From assembly GCF_033153115.1 (NCBI RefSeq), contig NW_026889756.1, positions 2,914,001 to 2,978,000 of the forward strand: DNA of 64,000 nt, given 5' to 3'. The translations under genes were made by a program, and so were the position numbers. A model generated the notes under the pieces. It was not told the DNA's origin. It did not search any database and saw only the letters and a program-made list of their open reading frames with translations. The stretch comes from Saccostrea echinata (taxonomy: Eukaryota). Shown here in pieces: positions 12,681 to 24,205 of this stretch. Each line of letters begins with the position of its first letter. Position 1 is the first letter of the stretch.

Positions 12681-14988
12681 TTAAGATTGTTTTCCGAGAC
12701 CTAAGCGACATTCCTCCTCGCTGAGGGGGCGGATCCTTTTTTGGACCCATTTCGGGGCCGCCCATGGGCAGCTCCAGGCAAACCAGGGTCCACATAAAAC
12801 AGCCAATAGGGAACACTGTACCAAAAACAGACAGACGAAGATTTGTACCGTGGACAGGTATTGGCCGAGAAAGAAAGCCATGGTGCAATGAACACCGACG
12901 TCAAAAGCAGTCCCCAGGATGGAGTCAAAATGCCACTCCTCCTTAAACTGACTAGCTGTCCAGTCCAGGGAACTCCAGCTAACAATCTGAAAAAAAAAAT
13001 CAATGACTGACTGATTTAAAGATTGGCTCAGTAACTCTTTGTGTTTTGTTGTAACATCGGATTTATTTTATATTTTATTTAAACTACACTTATGTGTAAT
13101 AACCGCAAATAACCAATTTGCTTTCGTTACAAAGTACATTAGGCCCCATCCTCACAACGTCAGGGGCCCTGAATCATTAACCCATGGGACGGCGACGTGT
13201 TCACGCAGGACCCCTGATGTTGTTAGGATAAATAAGCACAGTTCCTCGTTCTTTTCCCCCAATCTTTCCATTGCATTCAGGTCCGGTTAAACGGACCCTT
13301 TCCCAATTGAAAATTGACGTTTTTCGTTTTTTTCCCTCCAAAATTTTGGTAAAAATTCCTAAATGATAAGTAATTTTTCAGTGCTTTGATACAAAAATAA
13401 CTTGAATTTTGACATAATATTGACTCTAAAAGATGAAAATAGGGAAAAAGTCTGAAATCTAACTTTTCAGTCAACAGTTAAAGATAATGCAAGTCATCTG
13501 TATATCTAAACTTTGACATTTTTTTAACTATAATTCACAACTAAAAGGGTACAGGACCCTGTACCAAAAAGGGTCAATAAAGGCCTGAAATACAAAATGC
13601 CCTTATCAAGTTTGATCAAATCAGGGCCCCCAGGGGTAGGGTGGGGTCACAATGGACGATCAAAGTGATCATGCTTATATATTACCGAGTGTCTGTCAAG
13701 TTTGTGGATTTATTAGTCCCCTACCGGTGAAACCGGAGGGAACTATAGGTTTCCTCTGAGTCTGTCCGTCCGTCTGTCTGTCTGTCCCTCTGTCTATCTG
13801 TCAGTCTGACCCACTTGGTTTTCCGCATTTTTTCCCTAAACGCTTGCAGATATTAAGCTGATTTTTGGTATGTGAGTGTATCTTGATGAGTTACAGATCA
13901 AGTTTGCATTTCGTTTCGCTTTATTGATTTTTGACGGAATTACGGCCTTTTCAATTTTTAAGGATTTTCCACAATTATCTTCTAAATGCTTGCATATATT
14001 GAGCAGATTTTTGGTATGTAACCTAACCTTGATTTGTTATAGATCAAGTTCGCATTTCGTTTCGCTTCATTGATTTTTGACGGAATTATGGCATTTTCAA
14101 TTTTAACGGGAACCAGATTACACTTGCCGGTAGGGGACTAGTATTGCCAATGCAATATTCTCGGAATGCTTGTTAGTCCCCTACCGGTGAAACCGTAGAG
14201 GACTATAGGTTTCCTCTGAGTCTGTCCGTCCGTCTGTCTGTCTGTCTGTCTGTCCGTCCGTCTGTCCCACTTGGTTATCCGCACTTTTTTTCTAAACGCT
14301 TGCAGATATTGAGCTGATTTTTGGTATGTGAGTGTATCTTGATGAGTTACAGATCAAGTTTGCATTTCGTTCCTCTTGCAATAATTTTTGACGGAATTAC
14401 GACCTTTTCAATTTTTCAGGGTTTTCCGCAATTTTTTTCTAAACGCTTGCAGATATTGAGCTGATTTTTGGTATGTGACTTTACCTTGATGAGTTATAGA
14501 TCAAGTTTGCATTTCGTTCGGAGTCATTGACTTTTGACGGAATTATGGCATTTTCAATTTTTAACGGGAACCAGATTACACTAGGGGACTAGTATTGCTA
14601 ATGCAATACTGCTAATGCAATACTCTCAGAATGCTTGTTCAACATGACATTAATTTTATTAGAAAATCTTAAGGGTTAAACACTGTTAAATTTTCCACTT
14701 TAGCATAACTAAGGGTCCTACTTTTTTGGCGGGGCCTGTCTTCTCCCAGTAAAGGACGTAATACAGATGTTGCACTATTTGTAACAGCGCCAACCACTGA
14801 AGCCTCTGTAAGAACAGAAAGGAAGAGGAAAACACCGTCAACAAGTCAAACAGGAAGTAGAGGCGGATCCGGACCAGATCCTTCCGGGGAAGTAGTCGGA
14901 TCCGGAACAGGATGTTTAGATGACCACAGATATGGTAGCACTCCAAGAAGAACAGAAAGAATGCCGCTACATTTTCCAGATTCAGCAT
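12681..14988 (-). CDS. Uncharacterised multipass membrane protein, 190 aa
   Basis: Two coding exons, 14988-14722 and 12986-12681, joined by a phase-0 GT-AG intron (…TGPAKK|IVSWSSLDW…). An acceptor at 15002 implies an upstream non-coding exon. GC-richer than the flanks; about 5 hydrophobic segments. Confidence 0.8.
13711..14639 (+). mobile_element. Head-to-tail dimer of a HINE/DINE-1-like (non-autonomous Helentron) element
   Basis: Units ~13711-14173 and ~14173-14639. Each has a 5' subTIR AGTCCCCTACCGG with hairpin CCGGTGAAACCG, a (GTCY)n microsatellite, two ~146-bp internal repeats, a 3' subTIR and a terminal stem-loop (AGTATTGC…GCAATA). Confidence 0.85.
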
Positions 14989-17954
14989 TTTTTAAAGTTT
15001 TCTACAAAGAGAGAAGTTTATTTTTAAATACAGTGTTATCTAACTTATTTTTTGCCCTAAACGACTTTAAATTTTATCAGATACAGATATATATCTGTCT
15101 TTGTTGATTTAGCCGCATTTAGAATTCGTCTATTGATAAGGGTTAAAGGGGTCTAAAATAAAACGGTGGCAAAAATTTCCCTGTAAAAAAAACATTCAAT
15201 AATTTTCATTGAATAAAACGCTTTGTTATGTTTCAGTGTAAAAATGTTAAGAATAAGAATGTGGCATTTTTAGAGCAGAAATGTTCCAACGCCCTTCTCG
15301 AGTCTATAAGGTATACATTCCATATAAGAATTAACTCTACAATAAAGTTCGGTTTTAAATGTTCTCAATATTTTCTTCAATTATTGGATGTCATAGTTTC
15401 TAGATAAATTTGTTCTCAAGTGCAGATAGTTTATAATTATATAGATCTACAGATATGTGCCATCATTTGGGTCATATCGGGTCATGACACCAGACGCGAC
15501 CGCGACATACATGTTAAAAGTAAACAGTACATGTATGCAGGTATCTAAAGAAAACAGGTCAACGTTAACAGGCATGCACACGTGGTGAAAGAAAACTTGT
15601 GTTGACAATATCTTGAACACAATGCAATCATACATATACCATGTATACTAGTATTATATATTTCTCTGATGCCCGGACCAAATACGAAATTTTTTTTCAA
15701 AAAATCAGAGTGATTTATTATTTACATACATATAGTGTGCATTTCAATTAAGAAGTATAAGTATACAACATGCAAACTATTTAACGAAATAGAAAATATT
15801 TAAATAAAGATCAATTGGAATTTAATTAGCAAAAATTATATTTGTGTGCAAAGCGAATTTAATTTACGGTACCCCCCCCCCCCCCCAAATTATTGCCGAG
15901 TTAGTACATGTAAATAGGAATCTGCCCTTAAATATACGATAACATGTGTATGGCAAATACGCTGTTGTCATTTTTATAAAATAGAGAATCATTCTCTATT
16001 CATCTGATAAAAATTTGAATTTCCGTCCCGTTTTGCGACGTCATTGAAGGCCTATCACTTTACAATTGTAATTGTGAAAAATATCATACACAGTGTAGGT
16101 GTATTAACGTAGGTCGCGGGGTTGTTGACCTTTAAATATGTTGTTATGAAAATTAGTTATTTGAATCTCCTATTTTCGTTGTACATTCTCTGAAAATTTT
16201 ATAAAATTCGTCTGCATCGTTTTTGCGTTATTAAATCCCAAACATGCCATCGTTGTCGTAACATTTTCGACGCTATTCTATTGAATTCTATAGGAAAACG
16301 TCACTTTTGACTCGTTTTCAGGAAAGATTTCGTCTAAAAAAATATATCTGTCTTTGTTGATTTAGCCCCATTTAGAATTCGTCTATTGATAAGGGTGAAA
16401 GGGGTCTAAAATAAAATGGTGGCAAAACATGTGTTTTGTTATTCTATTATTTATTAAGTCAGACAGGTAAAGTACTAGTTATCCTTCTTTAGGATTTACC
16501 TTAGCTGTATTACTATTTATAGATCTTTTCAGTAAGTGGTCATTCTGGACTGGTCACATGATTTTTAGGAGGGAATTTTTTATTGTTCAGTATTACTGGT
16601 TTTCATGCCCAAGCGTACAGATGGGTGTGAGGGTGTTATTAGAGCTTTGAAGTTTTCTTTGAGCTGATTTTAATTTTCTTAAATTGAAAATATTTTTGGA
16701 TTAAGTGATTTTCTACAATCAGGTTAGTGTTTAATTAGTTTTTCACTATTTCTATATTTTCCCTACTTTACCTACTTTGAGTGAATGTTTGAATGTTAGG
16801 CAGTATGAGGGAGTGAATGTCTTCTGTGAGATTTGTATGAAAGCTGTAAATAATTTATGTAAATATAATAGTATTAAATATAGAGTTTATTTTATTCCTA
16901 AATAATATAATGAAATTAGAAAGGAGAAAATGAGTGCATTGAAGTTATAAAGTTTTGAAGTATACCAATTTCTAAAATATTCATTTTAATAAATAATTCC
17001 TTACTTTGAACAACATATCATTTATTTTACATTTAGAACACCATGTATTACTCAGACATCTATGCAGGTTATTTTCATACCAGACCTTTGCACCTCATGG
17101 GAGGTAAAGGTTAATTGTGTGTTGGTAGAAAAAATAAATTACCCGTTACTTTTCAATATTGATGTCACGCAAAATTATTTTTGAATTATTTAAACTCAAT
17201 TTTTCTTATTTGTCCAATTCATGTAACTTGAAAGATTTGCATGAGTGACCGGTTATTGTGAATTATTTAGTTTGTGTTCATCAGAAACTGTGAATATCAT
17301 AAGCTTATGTATAATAAGTTTATGGGAAATATTGTTGTATGAAAGGATATAGTTATTTTGGTAAATTTTGGTTTTATTTGATTTCATGACTTCTTTGCTT
17401 GTTAAAAATCTGCATGCAGAGTTATTGTTCTTGTATTTATAACTTTTAAACGCATTGCAGGGTCATAAATGAATGAATGTCATATAGAAAATCACACCAA
17501 AACTACAATAAAACCCACTTAACCAGGAATGGATTTTTGTTGTTTCACTTCCACCCCGGTTTCATAAAAATGTTAAGAATAACAATGCATGGGGCATTTT
17601 TAGAGCATAAGTGTTCCAGTGCCCTTAATTCTCGAGTCTATAAGGTATACATTCCATAATAATTAAAATTCGGTTTTAAATGTTCTCAATTTTTTCTTTA
17701 ATCATTGGATGTCATAGTTTCTAGATAAAATTGTTCTCAAGTGCAGATAGTTTATAATTATATCTATAGATATGTGCTATCATTTGGGTCATATCGGGCC
17801 ACGACACCAGACGCGACCACGACATACATGTTAAAAGTAAACAGTACATGTGTGCAGGTATCTAAATAGGTCAACAGGCATGCACACGTGGTGAAAGAAA
17901 ACTTGTGTCGACAATATCTTGAGCACAATGCAATCATACATATACTAGTACAGT

Positions 17955-18548
17955 ATTTTATTACATTTTCAACAGTGAAATACTGTGATTTATTTATTGA
18001 ATAAAAGTGATACTCTCTCACAGTGTGAAAGGATACCAAAATGATATTCTCTCACAGTGTGAAAGGATATCAAAGTAAGTAAAAAATAATTTCTGGCCTG
18101 TCATAAGATAGAGATAGTACCTAAGTATCTTGATAGAGCTAAAACTGCAAATTTCTTCATAAATATGTTGCTAAACATCCATCATCTTCGCTAGCCAAGG
18201 GTTTCCGATCCGAAATCTATTCGGATCGGAAACCCTTGGCTAGCGAAGATGAACATCCATGCTATGTAATGTTTTCAATCACACAACTGCTAAACTATGA
18301 CGTCTCAACCGCTTAACTATGACGTCAAGCCTATGACACTGTGTTAAGAAAAGACAGAGGCAAAGGGAAAATCAAAGAAAATGTAATAAACAGAAAATTC
18401 AATGTTTTGTAGATGAATATGGAATTTATTTCACTCGTGAGACAGGATTTTTTGATATTTTCACTCGTGCTTCGCACTCGTGAAAATATCAAAAAATCCT
18501 GTCCCACTCGTGAAATAAATTCCATATTCATCTACAAAACATTGATGT
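17955..18548. mobile_element. Element ending in a 147-bp fold-back palindrome (18399-18545)
   Basis: Absent from the paralogous site at ~15645-15665 in duplication copy 1; palindrome centre GTGC-TTC-GCAC. Confidence 0.75.
18183..18251. mobile_element. 69-bp perfect-hairpin MITE with 9-bp TSD (Mutator-like)
   Basis: Perfect 32-bp arms, 5-nt loop ATCTA, flanked by AACATCCAT on both sides. Confidence 0.9.
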
Positions 18549-19410
18549 ATATATTTCTTTGATGCAAGGACCAACCATGGGATTCTTTTTTTTAAAAAAA
18601 TCAGACTGATTAATTTATTACATATTTATTTATTTTACAATTAATTATTTACATATATATAAAGTGTGCATTTAAATTAAGAAGAAAAAGTACACAACAT
18701 GCAAACTATAAATTGAAAATATTTGAGTAAAGATCAATTGGGATTTAATATGCCAAAATTTCATTTGTGTGAATTATGGTATATATACGTGTACCCCCCT
18801 CCCCTTTTCGCTGAGTTAGTACATAGGAATCTGCCTTTAAATATACGATAACATGTGTATGGCATATACGCTGTTCTCTTTTTTTTTTTTTTAAATAGAG
18901 AATCATTTTCTATTCATCTGAAAAAAAAATTGAATTTCCGTCCCGTTTTGCGACCTGTAGGCGTATCACTTTACAATGTATGTGAAAAGTATCATACACA
19001 GTTTAGGTGTATTATTGATTACTTCATGTAATATTTCATCAGAACAAAATATAAACAAAGTAAAACTATTGATAATGTAGTGTAACTATATTTTTCAGGT
19101 ATGATAATAGTCATATTTTGACCATATTAACTTCATGTAGTCATAATTTAAGAAAATGTAATATACATCATATAGGTCCTTGTGGACCGTGCTTCTACGA
19201 AATTACATGTATATTTATATTAAAATATTTACATTTTCAATGTCTTTGTCCGAGATAAAATTACAAATTGTAAAAATACTTTATTTCTACATAAATCTAC
19301 TGGTTCATCGATAGGCGCGGTAATGAAAAAATCACGTGCGGGGCGGGACAAATAGAGACAGAAGCGGGGCTATTAGCACGGTAATTTGCAGAATCAGGAG
19401 CATGTAAATA

Positions 19411-19571
19411 TAAGGAATAACTGTCAGATTTTTTGGATTCATGACGATGATCAATCGATTGGCTTGCGTGATAATTTTATGCATAAACGCCTTCGGCGTT
19501 TATGCAAATTATCACGCAAGCCACTCGATTGATCACATCATGAATCCAAAAAATTAGACAGTTATTCCTTA
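19411..19571. repeat. ~160-bp fold-back palindrome
   Basis: TAAGGAATAACTGTC…GACAGTTATTCCTTA; centre CGCC-TTC-GGCG. Confidence 0.9.
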
Positions 19572-19644
19572 AATAATTTTCAAAAATCATTACGGAGTGG
19601 TTGTGTTGCACCATAGAAGCACGGTCCCAGCTGTCCACAAGAAC

Positions 19645-19919
19645 CACAGGCACCTGAAGCGTGGATCAACCCCTCACTCCACCCCCAACTAATTAAAAAT
19701 ATAAGGAGTCTTTATTTTCGCGAAAATATGTGATTTCTCCGCCAATTCTCTCTGTATACGTGTCATTCTGTGCAATTGGTGTATTAATTTTTATTATACC
19801 GTATATGGCAATTTTTAAACCAAAAAATTGCACAGAATGACATACAGATAGAATTGATGGAGGAATCACATATTTTCTAGAAAATAAAGACTCCTTATAT
19901 TTTATTAGTTATTTATTTT

Positions 19920-19950
<31 letters not shown>

Positions 19951-19978
19951 GGGTTGATCCATGCTTCATGTGCCTGTG
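19645..19978. mobile_element. Fold-back MITE with long TIRs
   Basis: CACAGGCACCTGAAGCGTGGATCAACCCC / GGGGTTGATCCATGCTTCATGTGCCTGTG; inverted symmetry extends ~140 bp; flanks CAAGAAC / CAAGGAC (7 bp, 1 mismatch). Confidence 0.8.
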
Positions 19979-21849
19979 CAAGGACCTGTGATATACATGC
20001 AGGCTCTAAAATTATGTTAAAAAATACTTTTTTGGCCAAACACACAGAAACATAAATTACACTTATTTGTGCAAAGACATGAACATGTTTAGTAGTTTTC
20101 AAGATATTATATACCACTATTCATCGCAGTGTAGGCCTAAATGCCTACGTGATGTACACCGAATAAAAAATGGACTTTGGCCTCTACAAGACTGCCAGAA
20201 ACATAAAGGTCGATTACTTGCCCCAGGGAGTAATCCTTGTATATACATTTACAACATCCATTTCCTTTCTACAGTAAATGCATGTACACACAAATAATTA
20301 ACTATTATTGATTCCTTTATAAATATATAATTAATATCCGTTTGTCTTTCACAATGTTAATTTTGGTGCTTAAGGTCAACATTCCGAAACATTGCGTATA
20401 TTGATCTTGAATGTATACTCGGTCTGACACCTATCTTGTCAGTATATTTTAACACTAATCTGTATAAATACATTTATATACTATTTTATAAGCTTATTTA
20501 ATATTAAACAGTTACAGACATACTTTGAACTATCACAAAATTAGTCACTAGACGACTAGTAAACAGATGATAGTCTATTTTTTAAGCCATTTGTTTTTAG
20601 TCTATGATGAGAAACCAGTTACCTTGCAGTTACTTTGAAAAAGACCAATACTAAACCTCGTAACTGAGAGAAAAAGAAGGCGATTAAATATCCCTTAATT
20701 CTTTACAAAAAAATCTTCCCGGGACTTAGAATACAATTCCCTACCTGCCTTTGTCTGCACGTCTGTCCCCCGAACTCCAAGTTGTAAACAAGAGTAATCG
20801 CCCGTAGCCAAGAAATGTGTAATGTTTGTTTACGTTTTGATGACCTACTTATGTAGTTACTGGCGGGAAATTTGAATTTTTTTAAATATCCTATTTTCCT
20901 CACACAGTCAACATACTTGTATACATATATAAAGATGTAGAAAAATAAATTGTTTTTTTGAGATTTGGTTTTCAAGAAAAAACAGAAATAAATATTTATA
21001 ACAATCGGACCAAGCAATTTGAATATATTTTACATATAATATATAATTATTGTTTTGTCGACGACATCTTTTCAATTCAAAATGATGTATTGTGATCAAT
21101 TTACAGCCATCAAGCAGTGTTTGAATTTTCAAATATTTATCTATAGAGAGTAAAAATTTGAACCCCGCTCAGTTGATTGATTAGTTTTTCATGTCAATTA
21201 CTCTGTAAGTCGTGTAATATATATTATACCTTTTTATATCTATCAATCATTCTCATAAATTTAAATAATTATATAGGTTCCTTTTAAGAATCAAGAGAGG
21301 TAAAACAGATAAAATTTTGAAAACTGCCACGTTTACATATTATCTTAAGCAGCATATTGTGCCAGATGTTTGAATAGCTCACTGCCCTTAAAAATGTGCA
21401 TTTAAAGGTAAACATATGGGAGATATAGTCTGTCAATGCAGACATTGAAAATGAGAAGAAGAAAAACCCTCATTAAACAGGTCAACACGTACAATACATT
21501 GATTATTATGTTACTAGGTACTATCTTCTGAGGCCAAGTGGGACATCCCTGACGAAGTTAATTAAGGAGTATTCCTCCACTACTGGACAAGTACTGTGGC
21601 AAACAGCTTATTAGGAAAGTCTATATTAACAGTAGGTTATTGTTAGCACTGTCATCCATCACAAATTGTTTATATAAAAAAAAAAGAACCATGGAAGAAT
21701 AATTCTGATCTCTGCATACATTTTACTGTTGTTTAAAATTGATAACGATAGACAATTTAGTATTAGAACTCTGAAAAAGAATTTTATTTTTACATTTCCC
21801 TTCTGTTGAGTGGTTTTCATCATGTTCATCATGAAACAAAAAAAAATTA

Positions 21850-22190
21850 AATAGAGATGTATTGATTCTCTATATAGAGTTGTTTTGATTCTCTATGTAG
21901 ATAGAGTTATATTGATTCTTTATGTATAGGTAGAGTTTTTTGATTCTCTCTATATAGATAGAGTTGTTTTGATTATCTATATATTGATAGAGATGTTTTG
22001 ATTCTCTATATGTAGATAGAGTTGATATGATTCTTTATTTATAGATTTGTTCTAATTCTCTATACATGTAGATATAAAGTTGTTGTGAATCTCCATATAC
22101 ATCTATAGAAAGAGTTATTTTGATTCTTTATATATAAATAATTAACACTTCTTTCATTTCTTTATATATAGATAGAATTGTTTTGATTTT
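21850..22190. repeat. Degenerate ~27-30 bp AT-rich minisatellite
   Basis: Recurring TAGAGTTGTTTTGATTCTCTATAT. Confidence 0.8.
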
Positions 22191-22324
22191 TCATAATATA
22201 TAATTATTGAGCTTTGAATAGCGAACGAGCCTAAAACAAGAAACACATTTGTATGGAGAAAAGTTAAGTTTAAGATAAGGATGATTCTGTGAACAGCCAG
22301 CTCATTCACAACATAACCATTCAT

Positions 22325-24205
22325 ATACAGTCCAGTGTCTACAGCTGACTACCATTAACCATAACAGAGATACTAACTAGAAAATAGGTCCAGTGTCTAC
22401 AGCTGACTACCATTAACCATAACGGAGATACTTACTAGAAAATAGGTCCAGTGTCTATAGCTGACTACCATTAAACATAACAGAGATACTAACTAGAAAA
22501 TAGGTCTAGTGTCTATAGAGCTGACTACCATTACCCACCACATAGATACTAACTAGAACAAAGTCCAGTGTGTATAGCTGACTACAATTACCCATCACAA
22601 AGATACTAACTAGAACAAAGTCCAGTGTGTATAGCTGACTACAATTACCCATCACAAAGATACTAACTAGAACAAAGTCCAGTGTGTATAGCTGACTACA
22701 ATTACCCATCACAAAGATACTAACTAGAACAAAGTCCAGTGTCTACAGCTGACTACCATTACCCACCACATAGATACTCACTATATACAAAGTTCAGTAT
22801 CAATAGCTGACTACCATTACCCATCACATAGATACTTGAACAAAGTCCAGTGTCTACAACTGACTACCATTACCCACCACATAGATACTAACTAAAACAA
22901 AGTCCAGTGTCTAAAGCTGACTATAATTACCCACCACATAGATACTAACTAGAGAAAAGGTCCAGTGTCTACAGCTGACTACCATTACCTACCACATAGA
23001 TACTAACTAGAACAAAGTACAGTGTCTACAGCTGACTACCATAACCCATCACATAGATACTTGAACAAAGTCCAGTGTCTACAACTGACTACCATTAAAC
23101 ACCACATATACCCACCACATAGATACTCACTAGAAAATAGGTCTATTGTCTACAGCTGACTACCATTACCTATCATATAGATACTAACTAGAAAATAGTT
23201 CGTGTCTACAGCTGACTACCATTACCCACCACACAGATACTCACTAGAACAAAGTCCAGTGTCTACAGCTGACTACCATTACCCACCACATAGATACTAA
23301 CTAAAACAAAGTCCAGTGTCTACAGCTGACTACCATTACCCACCACATAGATACTAACTAGAACAAAGTCCAGTGTCTATATCTGACTACCATTACCCAT
23401 CACATAGATACTTGAACAAAGTCCAGTGTCTACAACTGACTGACATTATCCACCATACAGATACTCACTAGAACAAAGTCCAGTGTCTACAACTGACTAC
23501 CATTACCCATCACATAGATACTCACTATAGAACAAAGTCCAGTGTCTACAGCTGACTACTATTACCCATCACATAGATACTCACTAGAACAAAGTCCAGT
23601 GTCTACAGCTGACTACCATTACCCACCACATAGATACTAACTATAGAACAAAGTCCAGTATCTATAGCTGACTACAATTGCCCACCACATAGATACTAAC
23701 TAGAACAAAGTCAGGTGTCTACAGCTGACTACCATTACCCATCACATAGATATTCACTAAAGAAAAAAGTCCATTGTCTATATTTGACTACCATTACCCA
23801 CCACATAGATACTTTAACAAAGTCCAGTGTCTACAACTGACTGACATTATCCACCATATAGATACTCACTAGAACAAAGTCCAGTGTCTACAACTGACTA
23901 CCATTACCCATCACATAGATACTCACTATAGAACAAAGTCCAGTGTCTACAGCTGACTACTATTACCCACCACATAGATACTAACTATAGAACAAAGTCC
24001 AGTATCTATAGCTGACTACAATTGCCCACCACATAGATACTAACTAGAACAAAGTCCAGTGTCTACAGCTGACTACCATTACCCATCACATAGATACTCA
24101 CTAGAACAAAGTCCAGTGTCTACAGCTGACTACCATTACCTTCCACATAGATACTCTCTAGAAAAAAGTCCAGTGTCTACAGCTGACTACAATTACCCAT
24201 TACAA
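22325..24205. repeat. 57-bp minisatellite, about 32 copies
   Basis: Unit AAAGTCCAGTGTCTACAGCTGACTACCATTACCCACCACATAGATACTAACTAGAAC with small indel variants. Confidence 0.95.

Larger units (their letters stand above)
15085..19015. repeat. Local tandem segmental duplication of a ~1-kb block
   Basis: Copy 1 is 15085-16105. Copy 2 is 16341-16427 plus ~17555-19015, interrupted by insertions at ~16428-17555 and ~17955-18548. Confidence 0.85.

Noticed and set aside
12701-13003. 100-aa alternative-frame ORF in exon 2 of the membrane-protein gene
   Set aside because: Starts in the intron and is incompatible with the phase-0 donor at 14722.
15447-18039. Paired ORFs ending RYDPND(G/S)TYL
   Set aside because: The similarity comes from the DNA duplication; the upstream frames differ and there is no splice support.
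22325-24205. CRISPR-like array
   Set aside because: Contiguous tandem units with no unique spacers, eukaryotic context and no cas genes. The same applies to 7841-8055, 36155-36592 and 52876-53140.
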